Of a DNA stretch of 64,000 nt, positions 20,553-29,527 are shown piece after piece; position 1 is the stretch's first letter; every line of letters starts with the position of its first letter. The position numbers and the translations under genes were made by a program. The stretch spans positions 576,001 through 640,000 of the forward strand of contig CAWFQB010000005.1 of assembly GCA_963817895.1 (NCBI GenBank), written 5' to 3'. The notes under the pieces were generated by a model. The model ran no database searches and had not been told where the DNA came from. It saw nothing but the letters and a program-made list of their open reading frames with translations. This stretch comes from an uncultured Chthonomonadaceae bacterium (lineage in GTDB: Bacteria > Armatimonadota > Chthonomonadetes > Chthonomonadales > Chthonomonadaceae).

Positions 20553-21182
20553 GTGAACCGTTTTCATTTTTCGGCGGGTTGCGCCATGCTGGCGCTGTCC
20601 GCTGGTAGTTTGTCGGCACACGCGCAAACGTATACGGAGGCCGGGGATACCGGGCAGTTGCTCGTCTCGGCGCAAAATGTGGGTGGCCCGGTCAATCGCA
20701 TCGAAGGAACGCTTTTCAACGGCGACATTGACCTGTTCCGCGCCGACTTCGATTTCACCGGGACGCTGACCGTAAACGCGATTGCCGTTTCGGGTGGCTT
20801 GAATATGAACCTGCACAGTTTCAACAGCGCGGGCAATCCTCGCGGGGCTAATGACGACTTCGGCGGAAGTCTGAACAGCCAACTGACGCTGGCGATCACG
20901 CCGGGTACGTACTACTTCGGGGTGGGGCAAAACAATACGGAAGCCCTCGACAACACGAACACGATCATTCAGGACAACGACAACGGCACGCTGAACCCCA
21001 ACGGCGTACTGGCGGGTTGGGACGGGCCGGGAGTGGGCAGTGGCGCGTATGCCATTATCTTTTCCACGTCCACAGCGCCCGCCGCTGTTCCCGAACCCGG
21101 CAGCGTCGCGCTTTTCGTCGGTATGGGCATTACGGGAACGGTCTTCCTGCGACGCGGCAAACGCGCCCGAAAATCTGCCTGA
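20553..21182 (+). CDS. PEP-CTERM sorting-domain protein (PPC/DVUA0089-like)
   Basis: Signal peptide (AHA-Q), DIDLF, ANDD, VPEPGS-TM-RRGKR tail. Confidence 0.88.
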   Translation: MNRFHFSAGCAMLALSAGSLSAHAQTYTEAGDTGQLLVSAQNVGGPVNRIEGTLFNGDIDLFRADFDFTGTLTVNAIAVSGGLNMNLHSFNSAGNPRGANDDFGGSLNSQLTLAITPGTYYFGVGQNNTEALDNTNTIIQDNDNGTLNPNGVLAGWDGPGVGSGAYAIIFSTSTAPAAVPEPGSVALFVGMGITGTVFLRRGKRARKSA

Positions 21183-21472
21183 CACACTCCCAAAACCGGA
21201 GCAGAAAAAGCCCTCCTGCCCAATGGTGGACAGCCAGGGCTTTATTGTTAAGACCCCGCCTGATTCGACAGGAACTTTCGATTATTGCGAGTTTCCCCGG
21301 AAGCGGGAGGGGGTGGCGCTTCGGCTTACCTGATTTTTTTATAAACCTGCGTATTTTCTCATAATCTACGCAAAAGTGACAGTTTGGCATGAATCTTGCA
21401 CTAATCATTAAGTGGTAGTTTGCTGACGGACCACACTGCTTTCGCTCTATTTTCATGAAGGAGACTCTCTTT

Positions 21473-22192
21473 ATGCCAATGCCGCCACTTTTCCGTATGG
21501 CTCTGCGTCTTGCCTGTCTTGGCTTCCTGCTGCCGACAACCGCGCAGGCGCAAAACTTAGTCCAGGACGGTGATTTCGAACTCGCGAACCCTGGTGTCAC
21601 GACCTTTAACACCTCCTACTTCGGGCCGACAGGGCAGGCTCCGATGTTCGACGCCTTCTGGACAGTTCCGGCAGGAACCGTCGCCATTGATACGGCGCGC
21701 GATTATGTCTATGCCGGGAACAAGAGCCTGTGGCTCAACTCCGATGATCCCATGACTTCCCCCACCAACACCCTTTCGCAGACACTTCTTACCACGCCGG
21801 GACAAAGCTACCTGCTGACGTTCTACGCCGACAGCAGCTTTACCCCCAACGCTCTCGGCAGTGGCCCGCATCCGCTGACTGTCACCTTCGACGGCAACAT
21901 CGTGAGCGGCAGCGCGATTGACGTGCCGGAAAACGGCTATCCCAACAGCGGGCCGGGTTCTAACGCAGCTTTGTTCACCTTGTATTCTTTCCTGGTCACC
22001 ACCAATTCAAGTCTGACCGACCTGACCTTTTCCGCGCAGGGAAGCGTGTTGTTCAATCCGGGCAACACCCTCGAACTCGACAACATCAGCGTCACTCCTG
22101 CCGCCGTTCCCGAACCCGGCAGCATCGCGCTTTTCGTTGGTATGGGCATTACGGGAACAGTGTTCCTGCGCCGCCACAAGAGGTCTGTCTGA
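21473..22192 (+). CDS. PEP-CTERM sorting-domain protein (beta-sandwich, DUF642-like)
   Basis: Signal peptide, NLVQDGDFE, LSQTL.T.PGQSYLLTF, LDNISV, VPEPGS-TM-RRHKR tail. Confidence 0.88.
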   Translation: MPMPPLFRMALRLACLGFLLPTTAQAQNLVQDGDFELANPGVTTFNTSYFGPTGQAPMFDAFWTVPAGTVAIDTARDYVYAGNKSLWLNSDDPMTSPTNTLSQTLLTTPGQSYLLTFYADSSFTPNALGSGPHPLTVTFDGNIVSGSAIDVPENGYPNSGPGSNAALFTLYSFLVTTNSSLTDLTFSAQGSVLFNPGNTLELDNISVTPAAVPEPGSIALFVGMGITGTVFLRRHKRSV

Positions 22193-22340
22193 ACCGGGAT
22201 TTACCCGATTAACGGATTAACAGGATTCGGGACAGGCGGATTTCGCTGTTTTGAATCCTGTTTTTCTTGTGTGGAGGAAGAGCAGGGCGTTTGAGAGTCA
22301 ATCCTGCTCATCCTTTAATCCTGTAAATTTTGGTTCAAGA
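22191..22340. repeat. Inverted pair of 9-nt-periodic arrays
   Basis: gaaccgggatttacccgattaacggattaacaggatt ... aatcctgctcatcctttaatcctgtaaattttggttc. Confidence 0.65.
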
Positions 22341-22373
22341 CAAGAGGGATGAGGTGCCAGAAGAAAATCCTGA

Positions 22374-22478
22374 TCATACATTGTTGGGATGAACGGCGGT
22401 AATGCGGGGATAGCGAGCAAAATCCGTGACGTTGAGCGTAAGAAGCAACGAAATATTCGAGGCGGCCAGGTACGCCAT
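22374..22478 (-). pseudogene. Internally deleted VapC/PIN toxin remnant (34 codons)
   Basis: MAYLAASNISLLLTLNVTDFARYPRITAVHPNNV: PIN start fused to PIN end; TGATG-coupled to the antitoxin. Confidence 0.7.
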
Positions 22479-22729
22479 CAGTCATGGTCTCCATAAATAC
22501 CGGCGCGGGTTGTGGCATCGTGAGAGAGTACGGGAAGCCCTTCAGACTCTTCTTCCAGAGTATCCAGCGTTGCTTCCCATTCTTCCTGAGACAATTTTTC
22601 CGGCGCGGGAACCGCGACCATCTGTTCAATCAAATTTTGCAGGAAATCGGCAACAGGCTTGCCCTGAGAAGCGGCGCGGGCATGTACAGCGGCTTCTACT
22701 TCGGGGCGCAGGTCTAAGGTGACAGTCAT
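22478..22729 (-). CDS. Antitoxin-like protein
   Basis: MTVTLDLRPEVEAAVHARAASQG...LSHDATTRAGIYGDHD; RBS GAGGAG. Confidence 0.75.
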   Translation of the reverse strand: MTVTLDLRPEVEAAVHARAASQGKPVADFLQNLIEQMVAVPAPEKLSQEEWEATLDTLEEESEGLPVLSHDATTRAGIYGDHD

Positions 22730-22920
22730 AGTTTTCTCCTCGTGCTTTGCCTGTAATTCAAGGTACACGGCACATTCGAGACGCTCCTGCCGTGTACAGG
22801 CTTATTATACAGTATGACCAAAACGTGGTGAAATATTTTGTCGGTTGACAGAAACAACCGCAGACGAAAAGCAACAGGGCAGAACCTTCTCTACATATCG
22901 AAGGTTCTGCCCTGCTGCTT

Positions 22921-23334
22921 TCAAATAGTAGTGTGGTACAGACGTTCCAATTCGGTGACAATCTGCTGCGAGAGGCGGATGACTTCGGGCAGGCCGGTTG
23001 TGTCGGGGGCGGTGACGTTGGACACGATTTGAAAGTAGGGCTGCCATTGGGCGCGGAGGGTTTGTAGACGTTTTTGGACGCCGTATTCAACGCCTTCGCG
23101 GTAGGTTTCATCGAGTGAAGTGTATTGCGGCAGGGGCGGCAGAGCAAATGCAAACACTTCCAGATCGTCCAACTCTTCCACGTCTACAAGCAGACTCTCT
23201 GATAGCCGCTTGCGAAATGTGCCGTTGTGGTCCAGATGCCCGCCAAGCCGCGTCAACACGCCGCCCCGCGCATTGGTCTGCCCGACATAAACGACGTGGT
23301 TGCGTTTGGAACACAATATGTAGATGTAGGCCAT
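22921..23334 (-). CDS. GIY-YIG nuclease-domain protein (putative effector)
   Basis: YIY-x9-YVG-Q-T, then RLGGH, conserved E (REGVE) and N (IVSN); alternative start 23388. Confidence 0.72.
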   Translation of the reverse strand: MAYIYILCSKRNHVVYVGQTNARGGVLTRLGGHLDHNGTFRKRLSESLLVDVEELDDLEVFAFALPPLPQYTSLDETYREGVEYGVQKRLQTLRAQWQPYFQIVSNVTAPDTTGLPEVIRLSQQIVTELERLYHTTI

Positions 23335-23398
23335 ACCCCGTCCGAGGCAGGTACGGCCTAACCTGAAGCGCAGTGTACCCGACAGCATGGCTCTTCAC

Positions 23399-25168
23399 CT
23401 AATCGTCATTGGGAATTTTGTCGCCGACGTCTTTCGCCACTTTAGCCAGCATTTCGGACGCTACGCGGCGATACTCCTGCAAAATGGCTTCAATGTCCTT
23501 GCGGGGATATTTCATGGTCTTCTGCACGTAAACCTCGGCGGCGGCAAGCTGCAAGAGCATCAGGTCGAACACGATGCGCAGGGCGGCGTTGTCAGTGTTG
23601 TCCTGATAGATGGTTTTGGCGAAACGGTGAATGAAGTTGATGCGGACGCAGTTTTTCTTATCAGCGTCATAGTAGGGTTCCCACAGCGCGTTATCCATGA
23701 TGTTGTGAACGGGCATGATGCGGTCACTGGTTCCGGCCTGTTCGCCAACAATGATCTTCTGTATCACTTCGGGCGGTATTTCATCCTCGGTAAAATCTAT
23801 TTCCGGCTGTTGTATTTCCAACAGCAGTTTGGCTTCAGCCTCGAAACGCTCTTCCTGCTCAACGATAATCTCTTGTTGGCGGGCCTGCTTCTCCTGAAAT
23901 GCCTCCTCTGTGTCCGGCTCACCGGGCAATTCTTCGGGAATTTCTGACTGCTGCGCAAGGAGGTTGGCGGTGCTGCCGGGATTCATGCCCGCCCGCCGTT
24001 TTATCTCTTCGCCTGCGTGTTTCCACGCTTTTTTGCTCTTGCGCTTGGCGTCAGTAGAAAAGTCGTCAAGAGCTTTGTAGGCTTCATCGGAAAGATTGAT
24101 GTGCGATTTTTTGACATCTATGTTCAGCACGTCATCCGCGCTGGAATCGATAAAAACGCGCCCGCGAAATGAGTAGAAATCGTTGTCCTGCGGGATAATG
24201 GGGCCGTTGACGCTTGGGAAGCCTTCTGCCCATGAAATCAGGCGTTTGTTACGGTAGACATAGTAGCCATAGTTACCTGCGCCAATGCGGTACAGGTCAC
24301 GTATGCGGGACTGTTCGCCGGTTCCATCGGCTTCAAACGTGGGCGGGTGCGGCAATTGGGTGACTTCCACAACAGCCCTGACGCCCCGTTCGCCGTCGAG
24401 TACCAGTTCCTGCGGTTTTTCGATCCAGCGGGTTTCGCGTCCGTCCCAAATGTTTTCGTCCAGATTGCCGTTTTTGTCGGCTTCCCCGGTAAACAGCACG
24501 TCGAAGGGAGAACACTTTTTGTCTTCGATGTCAATAATCAAGCCATCATCGCGCATGAAGTAGTAGTACACAATACCAACGCGCTGCTGAAGTTCCACAA
24601 CGGTAGAGCGGATACTGGGGTGATTTCCTTTACGAACGTCGGTGACTCGGACAATGGTTCCATGCCCCTCGACGAGATACTCGCCAATCAGAGCGTTATC
24701 TTCATCGGAGAGTTCCACGCGGTCAGCCCCGTAGACGCCGCGCTCTCGGATTTCGGGAAGGGATACTTTGTACTTATGCCATTGCCCGTTACCGTTGCTG
24801 GAAAGCAATTCGAGGGTTTCGCCCTGTGAAAAGGAAGCGGCTTTTAGGCCAAGACCGAATTTGGAGAGAGTGTTAGGCGGGTAGTTGGCATCCGTAGCCC
24901 CAAGCGTGAGCGCATTGATAATGCCTTCCTCATCCATGCCCCTGCCATTGTCAATGATGAGATAGGATTTAACATTGTTCTTCTTGGTATCAGCAACATT
25001 TTTCTCTGGAACAATTTTAACAGATATGCACTTTGCGCCAGCTACAACAGAATTGTCTATAATATCACAGATGGCTGCGTGTGGCGTATAACCAATTTTG
25101 CTAAGTCCATCGCAAATTCTACCCGCGTCCATCTTCAGACTGACAAATGCCATTCTACTTTCCTCCAC
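23399..25168 (-). CDS. MORC/MutL-like GHKL ATPase (HATPase_c_3 plus S5 fold)
   Basis: GY..HAAICDIIDNS, IIDNGRGM, LSKFGLGLKAASFSQ, HGTIV; S5 GYYVYRNKRLI, NIDVKKS. Confidence 0.9.
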   Translation of the reverse strand: MEESRMAFVSLKMDAGRICDGLSKIGYTPHAAICDIIDNSVVAGAKCISVKIVPEKNVADTKKNNVKSYLIIDNGRGMDEEGIINALTLGATDANYPPNTLSKFGLGLKAASFSQGETLELLSSNGNGQWHKYKVSLPEIRERGVYGADRVELSDEDNALIGEYLVEGHGTIVRVTDVRKGNHPSIRSTVVELQQRVGIVYYYFMRDDGLIIDIEDKKCSPFDVLFTGEADKNGNLDENIWDGRETRWIEKPQELVLDGERGVRAVVEVTQLPHPPTFEADGTGEQSRIRDLYRIGAGNYGYYVYRNKRLISWAEGFPSVNGPIIPQDNDFYSFRGRVFIDSSADDVLNIDVKKSHINLSDEAYKALDDFSTDAKRKSKKAWKHAGEEIKRRAGMNPGSTANLLAQQSEIPEELPGEPDTEEAFQEKQARQQEIIVEQEERFEAEAKLLLEIQQPEIDFTEDEIPPEVIQKIIVGEQAGTSDRIMPVHNIMDNALWEPYYDADKKNCVRINFIHRFAKTIYQDNTDNAALRIVFDLMLLQLAAAEVYVQKTMKYPRKDIEAILQEYRRVASEMLAKVAKDVGDKIPNDD

Positions 25169-25170
25169 AG

Positions 25171-26013
25171 TTATAAATGACAGATCAAGCAGGCTTGATC
25201 GCTGTCTTCATCATCAAGGACTTTCTCGAAAATTTCGGTCAGGCGTTTGGGTTTTTTGTTGGCCTGCTCGTAGGCCATCGCCTCTTCGTGCATAGCGCGG
25301 ATTTTGGCGACCCGTTCGGGCTGTTCCAGTTCGCTCAGGCTTTCGTTTTGCGCCCATGTGTAACGCCGGACTACGCCCGTGAGCGGATCGGTTTCTTCCT
25401 TTTCAAACGTTTTGGCTTTTTCGTACAGGTCGGGATGTTCGCGTTTCAGGTTTGCCCACTCCACTTTGCGCTGAAAAAAGCAGAAGTAGCAGCCGGAACG
25501 GGTACGCCACTTATAATAGTCCGGCAGGCCCAAACTCGCGTCTTCCAGAATCTGGTACACGCCCTCTTTGTCAATGCCCGCGTCCTTGAACGGGTATACG
25601 GCCTGTATGTTTTCCTTGTGGGAAATGTAGCCGTCCCGGTTCTCATCGGCGCGGATAGCCACATACGACATAATTCGTGCGCCCGGAAACTCCGAATCAA
25701 GCCAGCGTTCAAACGGCTCGATTTTCAGTTTCGCGGTACACCAGCGCATACGCGGCGAGGGCAGGTAATTGTTATAGATTTTCAGGTAGTGGCTGAAAGG
25801 CCGATCCGGGTTCAGGCGCGTAATCGGCTTGCCCAAAAAATTTTCCAGTTTCCCTAAATAATCGTAGGTTTCCTCTAGCTCTTCGCCTGTATCGCAAAAG
25901 TAGTAGTGCATGTCGGGTACGCGGTCGCGCATATACACGGCAAGCGCGGTGCTGTCCTTACCGCCCGATATGCCCAATACGTTCACCACATTTTGCCCGG
26001 TTTGCTCAGTCAT
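25171..26013 (-). CDS. sspD: PAPS-reductase-family protein (SspD-like sulfur-insertion enzyme)
   Basis: PP-loop SGGKDS, RWCT..LK, RSGCYFCFFQ, C-terminal CLIC; follows DUF4007 and ATPase genes. Confidence 0.82.
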   Translation of the reverse strand: MTEQTGQNVVNVLGISGGKDSTALAVYMRDRVPDMHYYFCDTGEELEETYDYLGKLENFLGKPITRLNPDRPFSHYLKIYNNYLPSPRMRWCTAKLKIEPFERWLDSEFPGARIMSYVAIRADENRDGYISHKENIQAVYPFKDAGIDKEGVYQILEDASLGLPDYYKWRTRSGCYFCFFQRKVEWANLKREHPDLYEKAKTFEKEETDPLTGVVRRYTWAQNESLSELEQPERVAKIRAMHEEAMAYEQANKKPKRLTEIFEKVLDDEDSDQACLICHL

Positions 26014-29000
26014 GGGGTTGACCTTTCAGCAGGTTTTGAACCAGTTGGCTGACGACTGCCAATCTTACCTCTTCAGGTTCGCCTCGTAATGTATATTCGA
26101 AATCATTCAGCAGTTTTCGACACAGTGAGTCTATTTTTTCGGTGTCCATTTTCTGCACAAACACGATACGCGATTCTTCTGCGCCCGTGTCGGTTGTTAC
26201 GGCAAGCCGCAGCCCCGTTTGCTCATCGCTATTCGACCTGCGCTGTCGTTCAAACTGAATCACTTCCGCATGTTGAAACGCGGAAATTAATGGTGGCAGA
26301 CGATTTACAAAGCGCTCTTCTTCTGTATCGCTCCAAACATCTGGCGGGCGCGTGGAGATTCCTCCGGCAACCAATTCCAGCCACTCTTTGCGTTTGTACG
26401 CTTCATCCCCGGCACGCACAACGAACGATTTCAAGCGCGGCTCGGTAACGTGCGACAGAATAGAAGCGGAACGGGCGCGTAACTCCTCCCAATCCTTTGT
26501 GCCGAATCCGTTTGTCAGGGCGCGTTCAATGCGCGACAACAGCGCATCGTAAGCCCCCATCACTTCGCTTAGTGATGTATTCCAGTCCATGAAGAACTGC
26601 TCTACGTTTTCCGGGTCTTCCGCCTGCGCCGTAAACGCCCTTGCGCCGAGCAAACGCGGCAGAAACGAGAACAACAATTTTTCCGGCTCTTTGCCTTCCC
26701 GCAGTAAATCGCGTACGGCTTTTGCGGACGGTTCCAGTTTGCGCGTGTGTAGCGTGTAGTCAGGCAATTTGTTTACAACGCGGTATAATTGCCTTACAAC
26801 GTTGACCAGTGTTATTTCGTCACCCGACTTCAATAATCCTCTTGCAAAACGATCTAAAACGGTTTGTCTTTCTCCCGCAATACGACAGCCTTGCAGCGTG
26901 AAATCTTCCCGGCGCTTAATCAACCGCTCGAAAGTCGCCGCGTCTAGTTCGACTACGAACCGGCCCTCTTCGTAAACAACAACCTCATTGGTATTGTACA
27001 GCAACACGGCACACAGTAGAACCGGAATAACTTGTTCTGCTAGTCCAAATGGACGTGCCTGCAAAATGTCGTACAACTGCGTTAAAGGCCGCGCTTCCAA
27101 TGCGCCCTCAAACAGAAAATCATCAATGGCTTTCCACACCTGTACCAGTGCCGGATCGTTCTCATGGTAGGGTGGGAAAATGCCCCATGTCTCGCCGTTT
27201 ACACTGCGGTGTATGCCCGTGCTTTCCAGAATGGAAACGTACATACTCATTTCCGGTGGGAACCCGTCAATGCCCAACTGTTTCTGCTCATAACGCAAAA
27301 TCATCGCTTCAATCAGAATGCGACGGGCGGCGGCAGACGTAGAGGAAATCTGACGACGGTTAATCAATTCGTTCAGCAGTTTCGGAGTTTGCGGGTAGGC
27401 TGTATCGCAGGCAGTAGAAACTAATTCCACAAGTTGCCGATTGGAGGAAAGCGGCGCGACTTCGCCGTTGTAATACCAAACGCTGCTGTCCGCCATATCC
27501 CTCTGCGGGTGCATCAGGCGGTTCCATTCCGATTTGAACGCTTCTGTTGCATCAAGTAGGCGTTCCGACACCTCGCGTTGCGCCACTCTGTCTTTTTCCA
27601 GTTCCGGTGTATCCTTCTGAACCATTTCCAGACTGCTAACAGCAACCGCCGTTTCGCGCAGGGCATCGCTTTCCACGTTGATACCAATAATTATGTCAGG
27701 ATGTTCTAAAGACAAACGTTGCGCCGTTGCTTCCGCTTCCCGAAAGTCTGCCTGATGCATAGCAAGACACAACAGCATCAGCCCGTCAGCGTCAGCATGT
27801 CCGACCCTGACTTCGGCCTCGATCTCATCAGCGCGGCAATAGCGAACGTCGAAAAAGCGCAATGTGCCTGTCAGATACGAGTGACGCCGCGCCACAACGG
27901 GCAGCATCGTTTCCAGTCGACGCGCTGTGGCAACCACATCCGTACCCTGAAAAAAGTGCGGTTTGGCGTCACGCAAGCGGGCGTCAATGTCTACGTCGCT
28001 GCCCTCATATAAACGGTAGGCTTTTTTGAAACGCCGATACGTAATCAAGGTTGCCGTTTCCAGCGCGTCAATCGCTTCCGAAATCTGCGTGGCGGTAATG
28101 CCCGGTTCGATCAGGGCAAATTCAAGCATCTTTTTCGATGGCAAAATTCGCGTCTGTTCGCCCAAAATATGCAGCAATCCGATTGTTTTCACCAGCCTGC
28201 TTTGCAGCGACGATGTGTTGCTCAGTCGGTACAACGCCTCCTGCGTTTCGCTCCAGAGTTTCGCGGTTGCATGGGAATACAGCGCGGAACCGAGCGTTGC
28301 CACCACATAATCATACAGGTGGTCTACCCGGATTTGCGGCAGGTTCTTCCCATCCAAAACATGCGCGTCCAAAAACTCCTTGAAACCAAACGGCTCATCG
28401 GACGCCAGAAACGAAAACAGCGACCGCTCATTCTGCCCGAACCGTTGAAACAGCGTCGGCATAATCAGAAACGTCAGAGGATGCATCGGGTACACCTGTC
28501 GCAGCATCTCGCCAAAATCGGCGGACGGCAGCGACTTCGGTACAATGTGCAACTGCGTACAGGTTGCAAGGTTCTGTTCAGCAACGTTTTCTAACAGATT
28601 TTTGGTTTCGGGTGTCGGCTGCGGCTGAATGGCCTGCGCCAGCAATCGCAAAATCGCTTCCGGTCCATCCCCGAACGGAATGTCCGCGAAACGCCCCTGT
28701 ACCTTATGCCACTCGTTGCGCTGCGGCCCGCTCAACCGATAAGCGTACTCCTCAAACGCCTGATGCAAAATGGTGACAAACACAATCGCGTTGTCGCCGC
28801 TGCGTGACGCGCACTCTGCCAGTTCTTGAAGTACCTGCGTGTCGCTCTGCTCCGTGTGCAGGGCGGCGTACTCCAAAAACTTGCCCATTTCATCTACCAC
28901 TACCAGCAGCCCCGCACACCCGGCAACATGGGCGCGAACATTTTTCGACGCGATTTCAAACAGGCGGACGACATCTTTAGCGCGGGGTTCCGAACTGCTG

Positions 29001-29527
29001 CCACTTCCAGACGCGCTGACGCTTGCCAACTCCTCGCGAATAGCCTGTATCACCACCTCTTTTGCATCCGCAGGCAGATAGTCCAGCGATTGAATCAAGC
29101 CGCGTACCAGAGCAAGCGCAAGCGGTTCCCGCGTCCCCGTCACCAAAACCGGCCAAAATCCCGCCTCTTTTTTGGCAAACAGCGTCGTGTTCAAAGCCGC
29201 CGACTGCGGCCGCGCTTCCCGGCGCAAATTGGCATCCCCAATCTTGCCGACCGCCAGCGTTTTCGCCGCGAACAACGCGAACGCCGATTTTCCCGTGCCA
29301 TACGCGCCCGTCAAACTGTACGCCCGCGCGTTCGGGTTGCGAATCCCCTCCGCGATCCGTTCCAGAGCCGACAGCGCGGCGGGAGTCGGCACATACCCTT
29401 GCAGCGCGTCCACGCTGTAAAAGTCGCGCTCCAAATTCACGGAACGCAGAAACCGTTGGCGCACTCCGACCAACTCTGTCAGGCGCAAACCCGGTTCTGC
29501 CTGTTTCTCAGTCAGTATAGTAGGCAT
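26006..29527 (-). CDS. sspC: Large P-loop ATPase (SspC-like / BrxC-related)
   Basis: RSVNLERD, Walker A GAYGTGKS, Walker B VVVDEMGKFLE, EW.KVQGRF, YPMHP, FGQNERSLFSFL, NELINR. Confidence 0.82.
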   Translation of the reverse strand: MPTILTEKQAEPGLRLTELVGVRQRFLRSVNLERDFYSVDALQGYVPTPAALSALERIAEGIRNPNARAYSLTGAYGTGKSAFALFAAKTLAVGKIGDANLRREARPQSAALNTTLFAKKEAGFWPVLVTGTREPLALALVRGLIQSLDYLPADAKEVVIQAIREELASVSASGSGSSSEPRAKDVVRLFEIASKNVRAHVAGCAGLLVVVDEMGKFLEYAALHTEQSDTQVLQELAECASRSGDNAIVFVTILHQAFEEYAYRLSGPQRNEWHKVQGRFADIPFGDGPEAILRLLAQAIQPQPTPETKNLLENVAEQNLATCTQLHIVPKSLPSADFGEMLRQVYPMHPLTFLIMPTLFQRFGQNERSLFSFLASDEPFGFKEFLDAHVLDGKNLPQIRVDHLYDYVVATLGSALYSHATAKLWSETQEALYRLSNTSSLQSRLVKTIGLLHILGEQTRILPSKKMLEFALIEPGITATQISEAIDALETATLITYRRFKKAYRLYEGSDVDIDARLRDAKPHFFQGTDVVATARRLETMLPVVARRHSYLTGTLRFFDVRYCRADEIEAEVRVGHADADGLMLLCLAMHQADFREAEATAQRLSLEHPDIIIGINVESDALRETAVAVSSLEMVQKDTPELEKDRVAQREVSERLLDATEAFKSEWNRLMHPQRDMADSSVWYYNGEVAPLSSNRQLVELVSTACDTAYPQTPKLLNELINRRQISSTSAAARRILIEAMILRYEQKQLGIDGFPPEMSMYVSILESTGIHRSVNGETWGIFPPYHENDPALVQVWKAIDDFLFEGALEARPLTQLYDILQARPFGLAEQVIPVLLCAVLLYNTNEVVVYEEGRFVVELDAATFERLIKRREDFTLQGCRIAGERQTVLDRFARGLLKSGDEITLVNVVRQLYRVVNKLPDYTLHTRKLEPSAKAVRDLLREGKEPEKLLFSFLPRLLGARAFTAQAEDPENVEQFFMDWNTSLSEVMGAYDALLSRIERALTNGFGTKDWEELRARSASILSHVTEPRLKSFVVRAGDEAYKRKEWLELVAGGISTRPPDVWSDTEEERFVNRLPPLISAFQHAEVIQFERQRRSNSDEQTGLRLAVTTDTGAEESRIVFVQKMDTEKIDSLCRKLLNDFEYTLRGEPEEVRLAVVSQLVQNLLKGQPHD

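Noticed and set aside
23399..25168. GHKL protein as MutL, HtpG or a histidine kinase
   Set aside because: No MutL GFRGEAL motif and no HisKA H-box; GY...DNS, FGLGLK.AS and YVYRN.RLI fit prokaryotic MORC-like ATPases.
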